Source: an uncultured Acidimicrobiaceae bacterium
GTDB lineage: Bacteria > Actinomycetota > Acidimicrobiia > Spongiisociales > ZC4RG35
Length of the DNA: 55,508 bases
Direction: 5' to 3'
Assembly: GCA_964645875.1 (NCBI GenBank)
Contig: CAZYCX010000004.1
Span: 1 to 55,508, forward strand
Shown: one piece after another, positions 10,457-20,049 of the stretch
Numbering within the stretch: position 1 is the stretch's first letter
Layout of the letters: the number at the start of each line of letters is the position of its first letter
Program-made: the position numbers and the translations under genes
The notes under the pieces: model-generated
The model's database searches: none
Told to the model about the DNA's origin: nothing
Seen by the model: only the letters and a program-made list of their open reading frames with translations

Positions 10457-12304
10457 TCAGGTGACCGCGAGGAAGATCCGCTCCACCACGGAGTCGGGGT
10501 CCATTCCCACGGATTCCATCACGTCGGTCGCGGATCCGAAGGACAGGAATTGGTCGGGCACGCCGATGTTGGTGACCTCCTTCACCAGACCGGCCGCGGC
10601 GAAGGCTTCCATGACCGCGGCACCGAAACCGCCGGCCACCACGTTGTCCTCGAGGGTCACCACGTGACGCACCGGCGTCGCCCACTCGACGATGCGGGGG
10701 TCGAGTGGCTTCACCCACCGCGCATTCACCACACCGGCGTCGATTCCTTTGCCGGAGAGCTCGGCAGAAACCTTCTCGGCGACCTCCACCATCCGGCCCA
10801 CCGCGATGAGGAGGACATCGTCGCCTTCGTCGAGTAGCTCGGCCCGCCCGATCTCCAGCGGCTCCACCGGCAACGCCGGGACCGAAACTGCGCCGCCCTT
10901 CGGGTACCTGATCGCCATCGGCCCGCCGTGGTCGACCGCGGTCTCGACCATCGCGCACAGCTCGGTGGCGTCGGCCGGGGCAGCGATGACGAGGTTGGGG
11001 ATCATGCGCAGGTAGGAGAGATCGAACACGCCATGATGGGACGGCCCATCAGGCCCGGTGATACCGGCCCGGTCGATTAGGAACGTGACTGCCAGGTCGT
11101 GCAGAGCCACGTCGGCCACGATCTGGTCGAAGGCGCGCTGGAGGAACGAGGAGTAGAGGGCGACGACCGGGTGCTTGCCCGCCATCGCCATGCCGGCGGC
11201 GAGAGTCACTGTGTGCTGCTCGGCGATCCCGGTGTCGAACACCCGGTCGGGGAATCGCTGCGCCATCTGCTTCAGGCCGGAGCTGGAGATCATCGCCGCC
11301 GAGACTCCGATGAGGTCGGGACGTCTCGCCGCCGCCTCGGCCACCGCTCGCCCGGCCACGTCGGTGAGTTTCAGCTCCGACTTGTAGGCCTTGCCCGTGG
11401 CGACGTCGAAGGGCTTTACCCCGTGCAGCTTCTCCTCCTCGTCCTCGATCGCCGGGCGGTAACCGTTGCCCTTCTCGGTGATGACGTGGACCACGACCGG
11501 CTCCCGATAAGTCTTGGCCTGCTCCAGGGTCTCCTCGATGACCGCGATGTCGTGGCCGTCGATGGCTCCGGTGTACTTGATGTCGAGGGCATCGAACACG
11601 GTGGCGGGCTCGAGGATCTGCTTGACCGCATCCTTCATGCGGCTGGCCATCTCGTCGGCCGTCTCCCCGACCAGGGGAATGCCGCGCAGCATCCGGCCGA
11701 TGGCGTGCTTCGCCTTCTCGTAGCGGGGATCGATCCGGTAGTGGGCGATGTTGGAGAGGGCGGCGAGGCCACCGATCGTCGGGGCATAGGAGCGCCCGTT
11801 GTCGTTGAGGATGATGATCAGACGCTCGGGGCGGGCGACACTGATGTGGTTCAGGGCCTCGTATGCCATGCCGCCGGTGAATGCGCCGTCGCCGATGACG
11901 GCCACGGTCCAGCCGTCGTATCCGGCGAGGGCATGGCCGAGCGCATAGCTGAGGGAGGTCGAGGCGTGGCTGTTCTCCACGAAGTCGTGCTCCGACTCGG
12001 CGCGGCTCGGGTAGCCGGAGAGCCCTCCGGTGTGTCGTAGCGAGTCGAACCGCCCGCCACGGCCGGTGATGATCTTGTGCACGTAGGCCTGATGCCCGAC
12101 GTCCCAGATGATCCGATCACGTGGCGACTCGAACACACGGTGGAGGGCCAGGGTGAGCTCTACGACTCCGAGGTTCGGCGAGAGGTGGCCTCCGGTCCTG
12201 GAGACCTTGTCGAGGATGAATGCGCGGATCTCCTCGCTCAACGTGGTGAGTTCTTCCAGGCTGAGCGAGCGAAGATCCGAAGGTTGGGAGATCGATTCGA
12301 GCAT
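10457..12304 (-). CDS. dxs: 1-deoxy-D-xylulose-5-phosphate synthase
   Basis: GGHLSPNLGVVELT, WDVGHQAYVHK, TPP motif GDGAFTGGMAYEALN, GIAEQH, FLQRAFDQ, GPDGPSHHG. Confidence 0.97.
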   Translation of the reverse strand: MLESISQPSDLRSLSLEELTTLSEEIRAFILDKVSRTGGHLSPNLGVVELTLALHRVFESPRDRIIWDVGHQAYVHKIITGRGGRFDSLRHTGGLSGYPSRAESEHDFVENSHASTSLSYALGHALAGYDGWTVAVIGDGAFTGGMAYEALNHISVARPERLIIILNDNGRSYAPTIGGLAALSNIAHYRIDPRYEKAKHAIGRMLRGIPLVGETADEMASRMKDAVKQILEPATVFDALDIKYTGAIDGHDIAVIEETLEQAKTYREPVVVHVITEKGNGYRPAIEDEEEKLHGVKPFDVATGKAYKSELKLTDVAGRAVAEAAARRPDLIGVSAAMISSSGLKQMAQRFPDRVFDTGIAEQHTVTLAAGMAMAGKHPVVALYSSFLQRAFDQIVADVALHDLAVTFLIDRAGITGPDGPSHHGVFDLSYLRMIPNLVIAAPADATELCAMVETAVDHGGPMAIRYPKGGAVSVPALPVEPLEIGRAELLDEGDDVLLIAVGRMVEVAEKVSAELSGKGIDAGVVNARWVKPLDPRIVEWATPVRHVVTLEDNVVAGGFGAAVMEAFAAAGLVKEVTNIGVPDQFLSFGSATDVMESVGMDPDSVVERIFLAVT

Positions 12305-12334
12305 GGGCTGGTTTGCCGGGCGGGCAGGTACAGC

Positions 12335-14065
12335 CTAATTGGCTGCAGTTCCTGCGCCTCTTTCGTCGAGGGGGATACGAATGGTGAACGTCGACCCCGC
12401 TCCGAGCTGGCTCTCCACGGACACCGACCCGCCATGGCTCTCGGCGACGTGCTTGACGATCGACAAGCCCAGACCGGTGCCTCCCGTCGACCTGGAGCGG
12501 GCGGCGTCCACCCGATAGAACCTCTCGAAGACGCGCTCGATGTCACGCGTCGGTATCCCCTCCCCGGTGTCGGTCACCGATATCACAGCCTCGTCACCGA
12601 CGCCGGCCACCTTCACCGACACCGAGCCACCTTCCGGGGTGTATCTGATGGCATTGTCGAGGAGGTTCCTGAACGCAATGGCCAGGTCTCTCTGATTGAC
12701 CATCGCGGTCACGTCTTGGGTGAGTAGCTCGAGCACCAAGCCCTGGGAATCCGCCTCACTCCTCACCCGCTGCATTTCCTCGCCGACCAAGTGATCGATC
12801 CGCACCGGCCCCACCTCCGGGTGTTCCTTCTCCAACCGGGACAGGTCGAGCAAGTCCGCCACCAGCCGGTCGAGTTGGCGCGCAGAGCCTTCGATTCGGG
12901 CCGCGAAGCCGACTGCCGATTCGTCCCCGCGCTCCAGCGCCATCCGCAGCGCCTCCGAGGAGGCGATGATCGTGGAGACCGGCGTCTTCAACTCATGTGA
13001 GGCGTTGGCGACGAAGTCCCTCCTGATCGAGTCGATTCGCTCTCGCTCGGTGATGTCGACCACCGCCAGTAACACCCGGTCGTCGCCCACGAACGGTGTG
13101 GCGACTGCCCGCAACCGCCGCGTGGGGCTGCCGTGATCGACGAGGCGGGTCTCCTGGTCGCGACGGTGGCGCGCCGTTAGCACCGCCGTCTGGAATTGGA
13201 AGGGAGCGAGCCCGGAGAGCTCATCGGGCACCGAGCCCAGGATGGCGTATGCCGACGGATTGGCGTACACCACCCGATCGGACCCATCGAAGAGGATGGT
13301 GCCCTGAGACAGCGCCCCGAGGACTACTTCCAGCGTGGCCGTGGTCTGCTCGGCGTCGGACAGACGGGATCCCACCCGACTCGCCAGGGTCGACAGCGCC
13401 AAACCCAGCTGGTCGAGCTCCCACACCTTCGAACGGTGGGGCATGATGTCGATGTCGCCCTCCGAGATCGCAAGGGCTTGGTCGGTGAGCTCACTGATCG
13501 GACCGGTGAGTCGTCGTGCCAGGAAGGCTACGAGTGCCACCCCGACCAAGCCCAGCGCCGCGGCGGCAATGAGGATGCTCGACCTCACCGCACCGAGCCG
13601 GTCGTCGATCACCTGCGCGGACAGCGAGGTCCTCACCACCAGCTCATCGTCGAGGATGGCTACGTAGCGCTGCTCGATGTCGGTGCTCCCGCTCACCCTT
13701 TGGTCCTCTCCGATCTCTCCTCTGAGGGCAGAGTCCACCTCCGGTCGGCCGAGATGGTTCTCCATGCTCGTCGGATCCGAATGCGAATCGGCCAGCACAA
13801 CACCGTCCACGTCGATGAGCGTGGCCCTCATCCCGGTCACATCGAAGACGTCGCCCGCCCACATCTGGTAGTCGTCGGGATCACCCGGGATGCCGTCGGC
13901 GGCGAGACGGGCCGCTACGAGCAGGTCCTCGTCAACGTCGTCGATGAGATTGGCTCGTGTGGTCCTGTCGGCGGCGAGCCACATCAGCCCGATCAGGAAC
14001 AGATAGGCCGCCGCGTAGTAGATCAGGAAGCGGGAGGACAGCCGGGTCGTCGGGCGGCTACTCAT
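12335..14065 (-). CDS. phoR: Phosphate-regulon sensor histidine kinase (SenX3/PhoR-type; two TM, HAMP, PAS-like, HisKA, HATPase)
   Basis: H-box DFVANASHELKTP, NLLDNAIRY, DTGEGI, FERFYRVD, GGTGLGLSIVKH; start reassigned to MSSRPTTRL; sits in the pst/phoU operon. Confidence 0.88.
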   Translation of the reverse strand: MSSRPTTRLSSRFLIYYAAAYLFLIGLMWLAADRTTRANLIDDVDEDLLVAARLAADGIPGDPDDYQMWAGDVFDVTGMRATLIDVDGVVLADSHSDPTSMENHLGRPEVDSALRGEIGEDQRVSGSTDIEQRYVAILDDELVVRTSLSAQVIDDRLGAVRSSILIAAAALGLVGVALVAFLARRLTGPISELTDQALAISEGDIDIMPHRSKVWELDQLGLALSTLASRVGSRLSDAEQTTATLEVVLGALSQGTILFDGSDRVVYANPSAYAILGSVPDELSGLAPFQFQTAVLTARHRRDQETRLVDHGSPTRRLRAVATPFVGDDRVLLAVVDITERERIDSIRRDFVANASHELKTPVSTIIASSEALRMALERGDESAVGFAARIEGSARQLDRLVADLLDLSRLEKEHPEVGPVRIDHLVGEEMQRVRSEADSQGLVLELLTQDVTAMVNQRDLAIAFRNLLDNAIRYTPEGGSVSVKVAGVGDEAVISVTDTGEGIPTRDIERVFERFYRVDAARSRSTGGTGLGLSIVKHVAESHGGSVSVESQLGAGSTFTIRIPLDERGAGTAAN

Positions 14066-14771
14066 CCACGAACTTGTAGCCGAGCCCACGGATCGTGACG
14101 ATGTGTTTCGGCTGCGACGAGTCGGCTTCGAGCTTCTCCCGCAGTCGCTTGATGTGGACGTCGAGGGTCTTGGTGTCACCGAAGTACGAGGGGCCCCACA
14201 CCTCGTCGATGAGCGTGTGCCGCGCCGCCAGGCGGTTCTTGCGCCTCATCAACGACTCCAGCAGCTCGAACTCCTTGGGCCGCAGCTCCACCTCGGTGCC
14301 TGCAACCCTGGTTACGTGGGCGTCGATGTCGAGCTCGATGGCACCTCCGCGCAGGACCTCGTTCGACTCGGCGAGGAGCCCGCTCTTGTCGGCCCGGCGA
14401 AGATGGGCGCGGACACGGGCGATCAACTCCCGCATCGAGAACGGCTTGGTGATGTAGTCGTCGGCGCCCAACTCGAGACCGGTCACCTTGTCGGCTTCCG
14501 AGTCCTTGGCGGTGAGCATGATGATGGGGACGTCGGAGGAGAGACGGATCTGGCGGCACACGTCGAGACCCGACATCTCGGGGAGCATCAGGTCGAGCAG
14601 CACCAGATCGGGTGAGTCGCGGCGCGCCGCCTCCAATCCAGCGAAGCCGCTCTCGGCCACGGAGACTTCGAAACCCTCCGCCCCCAGGGCGTAGCGCACC
14701 GACTCGGCCAGACCCGGCTCGTCCTCGATGATCAGGATGTGGCGAGCTCGCCGCTCACTCGTGGTTGTCAT
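14058..14771 (-). CDS. regX3: OmpR-family response regulator (RegX3/PhoP-type)
   Basis: IIEDE, LLDLMLP, GADDYITKPF; C-terminal VWGPSYFGDTKTLDVHIKRLREK matches the RegX3 pattern. Confidence 0.88.
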   Translation of the reverse strand: MTTTSERRARHILIIEDEPGLAESVRYALGAEGFEVSVAESGFAGLEAARRDSPDLVLLDLMLPEMSGLDVCRQIRLSSDVPIIMLTAKDSEADKVTGLELGADDYITKPFSMRELIARVRAHLRRADKSGLLAESNEVLRGGAIELDIDAHVTRVAGTEVELRPKEFELLESLMRRKNRLAARHTLIDEVWGPSYFGDTKTLDVHIKRLREKLEADSSQPKHIVTIRGLGYKFVDE

Positions 14772-15462
14772 CGATCGGCCCGACCATGCCATCCTCGTCG
14801 AACTCGGCTCGCTCCCCTGTGATCAGGTACGCCGTCTGCTCCCCGAAGTCGACTGCCTGGTCGCCGATGCGCTCCAGGGCGCGTGACACCATCAGCATCT
14901 TGGTCGCCCACTCCAGCCGCTCGGGACTGTCCCTGACCGCCACGGTCTCCTTGTACATGTTGGCGTTGAGCCGGTCGACAGGTTGATCCATCGCCGGCAG
15001 CAGACGCGCTTCATCGACGTCTCCACGCAGATACGCCCCGATCGCGGTCCGGATCATGGGACGGACCAGGTCACCCATCTCCCTGACCTGCTCACAGATC
15101 CGCTCCACACGCGGCAACCCCTCGTTGAACTGGGCGATCTTGGCGATGTTCACGCACTGGTCGCCCATTCGCTCGAAGGTGACGTTGAGCTTGATGAGAA
15201 TTGTCATCCGGCGAAGGTCGGAGCCGAGTGGCTGGTTGCGTGCCATGAGCGCGGTCCAGTCCTGGTGCACCTCGCCATAGGTGGCGTCGATGCCCTCGTC
15301 CATCTCGATCACCTTCGCCGCCAGCTCCACGTCGTCGCTGGTCACTGCCTGAACCGCCTTCTCGACCATTTGCTCGGCGCGCTCCACCATGGACAGAACC
15401 TTGCGCTCGAGCTCGGCCAGCTCTTGATGGAAGTGAATGTTGGTGTCTTTGATATCCGTCAT
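14755..15462 (-). CDS. phoU: Phosphate signalling protein PhoU
   Basis: Two PhoU repeats: [30 protein letters not shown]. Confidence 0.95.
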   Translation of the reverse strand: MTDIKDTNIHFHQELAELERKVLSMVERAEQMVEKAVQAVTSDDVELAAKVIEMDEGIDATYGEVHQDWTALMARNQPLGSDLRRMTILIKLNVTFERMGDQCVNIAKIAQFNEGLPRVERICEQVREMGDLVRPMIRTAIGAYLRGDVDEARLLPAMDQPVDRLNANMYKETVAVRDSPERLEWATKMLMVSRALERIGDQAVDFGEQTAYLITGERAEFDEDGMVGPIDDNHE

Positions 15463-16349
15463 CCGAATCTACCCGTGATGTAGTCCTCTGTGTCCTTTTC
15501 CAGAGGTGAGGTGAACAACTGGTCGGTCGGGCTGTACTCCACCAGCCGACCGGTGCGCATCCCTTTGTCGTTCAACTTGACGTTGAAGAACGCCGTCTTG
15601 TCGCTGACCCGGGCCGCCTGCTGCATGTTGTGGGTCACGATGATGATCGAGTAGTTCTCCTTGAGTTCCAGCATCAGCTCCTCGATGCGCAGGGTGGCGA
15701 TCGGATCGAGGGCCGAGCAAGGCTCGTCCATGAGGATCACGTCCGGCTTGGTGGCTATGGCACGGGCGATGCAGAGTCGCTGCTGTTGTCCACCCGACAG
15801 CGAATACCCCGACTCCTCGAGCTTGTCCTTGACCTCGTCCCACAGGGCGGCGTCTTCGAGCGCCTCCTGGACCAAGACCTCCATCTCGGCCTTGGAGCCG
15901 CGAAAGCCGTTGATCCGCGCCCCCCAGGCGATGTTGTCGAATATCGATTTGGGGAACGGGTTGGGCTTCTGGAAGACCATCCCGATGGTGCGACGGACCT
16001 CGACCGGGTCAACGCCGTCGTCGTAGATGTTCGCACCGTGATAGTGGACCTCGCCGGTGGTCCGGGCCGTCGGGATGAGATCGTTCATCCGATTGAGCGA
16101 CCTGAGAACCGTCGATTTGCCACAGCCCGAGGGCCCGATCAGGGCAGAGATCTGATTCCTGCCGAAGTCGAGCGAGACATCGGCCACGGCGAGGAAGTCG
16201 CCGTAATACACAGACATGTCCTTGGTCTCGATGACTGCGGGCGAGCGGACACCCTCGGCGGTGGTCTGGTCTTCGGATTCGGGTTGTGAGGCCATTCGCT
16301 CCTCGATCAAATCGCTCATGGTGGTCTCGGTCGAGGTCTCGTTGCTCAT
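15459..16349 (-). CDS. pstB: Phosphate ABC ATPase
   Basis: [47 protein letters not shown]. Confidence 0.97.
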   Translation of the reverse strand: MSNETSTETTMSDLIEERMASQPESEDQTTAEGVRSPAVIETKDMSVYYGDFLAVADVSLDFGRNQISALIGPSGCGKSTVLRSLNRMNDLIPTARTTGEVHYHGANIYDDGVDPVEVRRTIGMVFQKPNPFPKSIFDNIAWGARINGFRGSKAEMEVLVQEALEDAALWDEVKDKLEESGYSLSGGQQQRLCIARAIATKPDVILMDEPCSALDPIATLRIEELMLELKENYSIIIVTHNMQQAARVSDKTAFFNVKLNDKGMRTGRLVEYSPTDQLFTSPLEKDTEDYITGRFG

Positions 16350-17752
16350 TCGGCTCTCCTGGAGTATCGGTTGCGAAGTATCACTGCGGCAGCATTGAGG
16401 GTCAGCAGGAGCAGCAGCAAGGCGATGCTCGCCGCCGCGGCGATGTTGCGAAACTCATCCTGAGGGAAGGAGGTCCATTGGAAGATCTGGATCGGGAGGG
16501 CGGTGAACTTGGAAAATGGGCCTGATGGGTCGGTGGTGATGAAGGACGCCGCCCCAACCAGGATCAAAGGAGCGGTCTCACCGACGGCGCGTGCCACCGC
16601 CAGGATGGTGCCGGTGAGGATCCCGGGAAGGGCAACGGGGATGATTTGGCTGCGCACGGTCTGCCATCGGGTGGCCCCGAGAGCCAGACCGGCATGGCGA
16701 ATTGTGTCCGGCACCGACTTGAGCGCTTCCTGGGCGCTGATGATCACCACCGGAAGCGTCAGCAGGCCAAGGGTCAGGCCGGCAGCGACCACAGTGCGAC
16801 CGTTGTCCGACGGGGGAACGCCGTCGGTGAAGATTGCACCGGAGGTGAACGGCTCGAGGACCCGGACGAAGATGGCCAGGCCGAGCATGCCATAGATGAT
16901 CGAGGGCACGCCGGCGAGGTTGTTGATGTTGGTCTGGATGAACTCGTTGACACGGGTCGGCTTCGCATACTCCACCAGGTAGATGGCGGCGCCCACCCCC
17001 ACCGGCACGGCGAACGCGACCGTGATCAGCACCAGCCACGCCGACCCCATGATGGCGGTGCGGATCCCGGCGATCTCGGGCGTTGAGTTCTGCGGTGTGG
17101 TCAGGAAGGTGGGGTTGAACCACGCCCTCCACTCGATGGTCACCTGGTCGGGTTCTAGATCGGGGAAACGGTCGGCCGCGAAGCCAGCGGCAACGACCTC
17201 CTCGAAGCCCTCGGGATCGAGCAACGAGGGCACCAGCTCGTAGGAGGCGATCACGTCCGGGACTACGACCCGCTCGTTGACCAGCTGAACGACATCGGCC
17301 TGACCCCTCGCGCCCAGGTCGCACCCGGTTGGTGGTTGGTCCGATCCGCAGATCTCCGCCCAGACCTCCTCCGACTCGAACACCAGCCGGTCCTCGTAGA
17401 AACGCTGGTCCCGTTCCATACGGCGGCCCACCCCGCTGGAGACATTGGCCTCGAGAAGCCCTACCAACTCGCCGTACTCGAGATCTCCGAGCGCGGTCGT
17501 CTCCGGGTCATAGCCGAGGCCGGCAACGATGTCTTCCGGATCGTTCTCGTTGATCATGGCCACGAGACCGAACGAGTCGTTGATGATGGTGTAGAGCAGG
17601 GTGGCCAGTGCCAGCACGGCGATGGTCAGCATCGCCAGGCAGAACATCTTGAATGCAAACGCCTTTCGGCGTCGCCTGTCGAGAAACCCGCGGTACTGGT
17701 CGGGACCGGGAAACAGCTCTTGTGAGGGGCGCTCGGGGGCTTGGACCGTCAT
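16346..17752 (-). CDS. pstA: Phosphate ABC permease PstA with a large extracytoplasmic insertion
   Basis: [38 protein letters not shown]. Confidence 0.93.
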   Translation of the reverse strand: MTVQAPERPSQELFPGPDQYRGFLDRRRRKAFAFKMFCLAMLTIAVLALATLLYTIINDSFGLVAMINENDPEDIVAGLGYDPETTALGDLEYGELVGLLEANVSSGVGRRMERDQRFYEDRLVFESEEVWAEICGSDQPPTGCDLGARGQADVVQLVNERVVVPDVIASYELVPSLLDPEGFEEVVAAGFAADRFPDLEPDQVTIEWRAWFNPTFLTTPQNSTPEIAGIRTAIMGSAWLVLITVAFAVPVGVGAAIYLVEYAKPTRVNEFIQTNINNLAGVPSIIYGMLGLAIFVRVLEPFTSGAIFTDGVPPSDNGRTVVAAGLTLGLLTLPVVIISAQEALKSVPDTIRHAGLALGATRWQTVRSQIIPVALPGILTGTILAVARAVGETAPLILVGAASFITTDPSGPFSKFTALPIQIFQWTSFPQDEFRNIAAAASIALLLLLLTLNAAAVILRNRYSRRAE

Positions 17753-18720
17753 TCGTAGGCCTGCCTGAAGCGCTTGACGAACCGTCGGCTCAAGGAGTTG
17801 AGGCCCAGCGTCATGAAGAAGAGGGTGAGACCGATGGCGAAGATCGAGTTGTAGTCGATGGTGTTGTAGCCGAGGTCTCCGCTGGCCGTGATGACCACGT
17901 AGCCGGTCATCGCCTGGGCACCCTGAAACGGGTTGAGGATGTAGCCGAACAGGGAGTCTTGACCGAGGGCGAAGTTCCGAGGCGAGGCTCCCGCCGCCAG
18001 GGTGACCACCATGGTCTCACCAACGGCCCGGGACATGGCCACCACGAAGCCGGCGGCGATTCCGGACAGCGCCGCCGGAACCACGACCCTCGTGGAAACT
18101 TCGAGCTTGGAGGCACCGAGGGCATAGGCGGCCTGTCGGAGCGAGTCGGGGACCGCGCGCAGAGAATCCTCGGCGAGTGAGCTGATCAACGGGACGATGA
18201 GGATTCCCACCACGATTCCCGCCGAGAGGACGTTGAAGAAGCCGACCACGTTGGCCCCGAACATCGAGCGCAGCACCGGGGTCATGAAAGTGAGGGCGAA
18301 GAAGCCGTAGACGACGGTGGGGATCCCAACCAGGACCTCGAGGACGGGCTTGAAGAACCCGCGCACCCGCTCCGAGGCGTACTCGGAGAGGTAGATGGCC
18401 GAGGCGAGACCGATCGGGACCGCTACCACCATGGCGATGAGGCTGATGTAGAGAGTCCCGAGGATCAGGGGCCAGATCCCGAAACCACCGACCTGGGGCT
18501 GCCAGATCGTGGTGGTGAAGAACTCGGCCACCGAGACCCGTTCGTCCTGGAAGAAGAGCAGCGATTCGCTCCCCAGCTCGTAGACGATCCCGATGGTGAT
18601 GGCGATCGAGATGACGCCACAGAAGAACAGAAAGCCCCGGATCGCCAGCTCACCCCATCTGGGTCGCTTCTGGAAGGGCATCGGTGGCTCTTCGATCCCG
18701 ACTCGTTGCTCTGAAGTCAT
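17749..18720 (-). CDS. pstC: Phosphate ABC permease PstC
   Basis: FGIWPLILGT, AIYLSEYA, GIPTVVYGFFA, SRAVGETMVV. Confidence 0.95.
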   Translation of the reverse strand: MTSEQRVGIEEPPMPFQKRPRWGELAIRGFLFFCGVISIAITIGIVYELGSESLLFFQDERVSVAEFFTTTIWQPQVGGFGIWPLILGTLYISLIAMVVAVPIGLASAIYLSEYASERVRGFFKPVLEVLVGIPTVVYGFFALTFMTPVLRSMFGANVVGFFNVLSAGIVVGILIVPLISSLAEDSLRAVPDSLRQAAYALGASKLEVSTRVVVPAALSGIAAGFVVAMSRAVGETMVVTLAAGASPRNFALGQDSLFGYILNPFQGAQAMTGYVVITASGDLGYNTIDYNSIFAIGLTLFFMTLGLNSLSRRFVKRFRQAYE

Positions 18721-18754
18721 CCCCGTCCTCGTTGCCTCTGCTGATCGCCGGCGG

Positions 18755-18786
18755 TGGAGCCCGATCGCCTGTGCGACCGGGCTCCA
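18755..18786 (-). terminator. Intercistronic hairpin between pstS and pstC
   Basis: Minus strand tggagcccggtcgc-acag-gcgatcgggctcca, with one G-U pair. Confidence 0.55.
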
Positions 18787-18799
18787 GCCATCTGGTGGA

Positions 18800-19915
18800 C
18801 TACCAGCCTGCGGCGGCCGCGATGTTGTCGGCTGCCTCCTGCAGTCTCTCGTCCGGTGCCGGGAAGTAACCGACCCGTCCGATCAGGTCGTTGACGTTGT
18901 TCAGGTAGTAGGCCATGAACTCGGCGACCTGAGGCTTCTCCTGAATGACCGCCGGAGCGGTGTACATGTACAGCGGCCGTGCGATCGGGTAGGTGTCGTT
19001 ATTGACCGACTCGGCGCTGGGCTCGACTCCGTCGACGGTCACCACCTGCAGGTCGGCGGCGTTCTCCTGGTAGTAGGCGTATCCGAAGTACCCGATGGCA
19101 CAGGTCGAGCTCAGGTCGCCCTCCGTGCAGCCGTCCTCGGCGACGCCCCGCACCGTGAGGTTGTCGTCCTCGCCAACGATCTCTGCGATCGAGGAGAGGA
19201 TCGGGGGCGGATCTGCCTCTTCGAATACCACCTCGTTGAAGTAGTCGAACGTGCCCGAGTCAGCGCCCGGCGAGAACAGCTGGATCGGGTGAGCCGGGAA
19301 GTCCGGGTTCACGTCGGCCCAGGTGGCACCGGCGTCGGTGAGTGAGAACGCGTTGGCGATCTCCTCCAGGGTCAGTTCCTGGGCGAAGTAGTTGCCCGGA
19401 GAAATGACCAGGGAGAGAGCGTCGCTACCCACGCGAACCTCGATCGGCTCAGCCCCCCAGGTCTCCGTGCAGGCGGTAAACTCCTCATCGTTGATCGCTC
19501 GGGATGCGTTGGCGATATCGGACGCGCCTTGCTCGCAGAACCGCTCCAGCCCGCCACCGGAGCCGATCGAGTCGATCGAGTACTCGGGGCCGCCCTCGTC
19601 GATCCACTGGGTCAGGACCGCCGTGGACAGGGGGAAGACGGTTGACGAGCCGGCGATGCCGACGTCGACGCCGGGGTCCACGTCGAGAGGATCAATGATC
19701 GGAAGACCCCACTGGGAGGTCTCCCCATCTCCCATGTCGTCATCGTCGTCGCCCATGTCGTCTCCGTCGTCGGGCGCCTCCGTCGGGTCGGGCTCTTCGG
19801 TCGCGGCCGTGGTCGTGACTTCGTCACCACCGTCGTCGCCGGTGTCGCCACTTCCGCACGCGGCCAGCACCAGAGCCAGCACGGCGACGAGCGCGAGCAG
19901 TCTTCGCTGTTCCAT
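18800..19915 (-). CDS. pstS: Phosphate-binding lipoprotein PstS
   Basis: Lipobox VLAAC; AGSSTVFP, GSGGG, ANASR, DSGTFDYF, YPIARPLYMY. Confidence 0.95.
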   Translation of the reverse strand: MEQRRLLALVAVLALVLAACGSGDTGDDGGDEVTTTAATEEPDPTEAPDDGDDMGDDDDDMGDGETSQWGLPIIDPLDVDPGVDVGIAGSSTVFPLSTAVLTQWIDEGGPEYSIDSIGSGGGLERFCEQGASDIANASRAINDEEFTACTETWGAEPIEVRVGSDALSLVISPGNYFAQELTLEEIANAFSLTDAGATWADVNPDFPAHPIQLFSPGADSGTFDYFNEVVFEEADPPPILSSIAEIVGEDDNLTVRGVAEDGCTEGDLSSTCAIGYFGYAYYQENAADLQVVTVDGVEPSAESVNNDTYPIARPLYMYTAPAVIQEKPQVAEFMAYYLNNVNDLIGRVGYFPAPDERLQEAADNIAAAAGW

Positions 19916-19965
19916 TCCAGTTCATCTCCTCATGTTGTTGAGAACTCCCAGGAACATAGGAATCG

Positions 19966-20025
19966 GGGTTAACCCGTCGGCAATGACGAGATGAACGGGA
20001 GGTGAATCTTGTGAATCTTGTGAAC
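19966..20025 (-). promoter_or_regulatory. Putative PHO-box-like direct repeats upstream of pstS
   Basis: Minus strand GTTCAC-aag-ATTCAC-aag-ATTCAC-ctccc-GTTCAT ... GTTAAC. Resembles the GTTCA-core 11-nt repeats bound by Streptomyces PhoP. Confidence 0.6.
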
Positions 20026-20049
20026 CCTGGATTCCAGGCCTCGCGGCGT

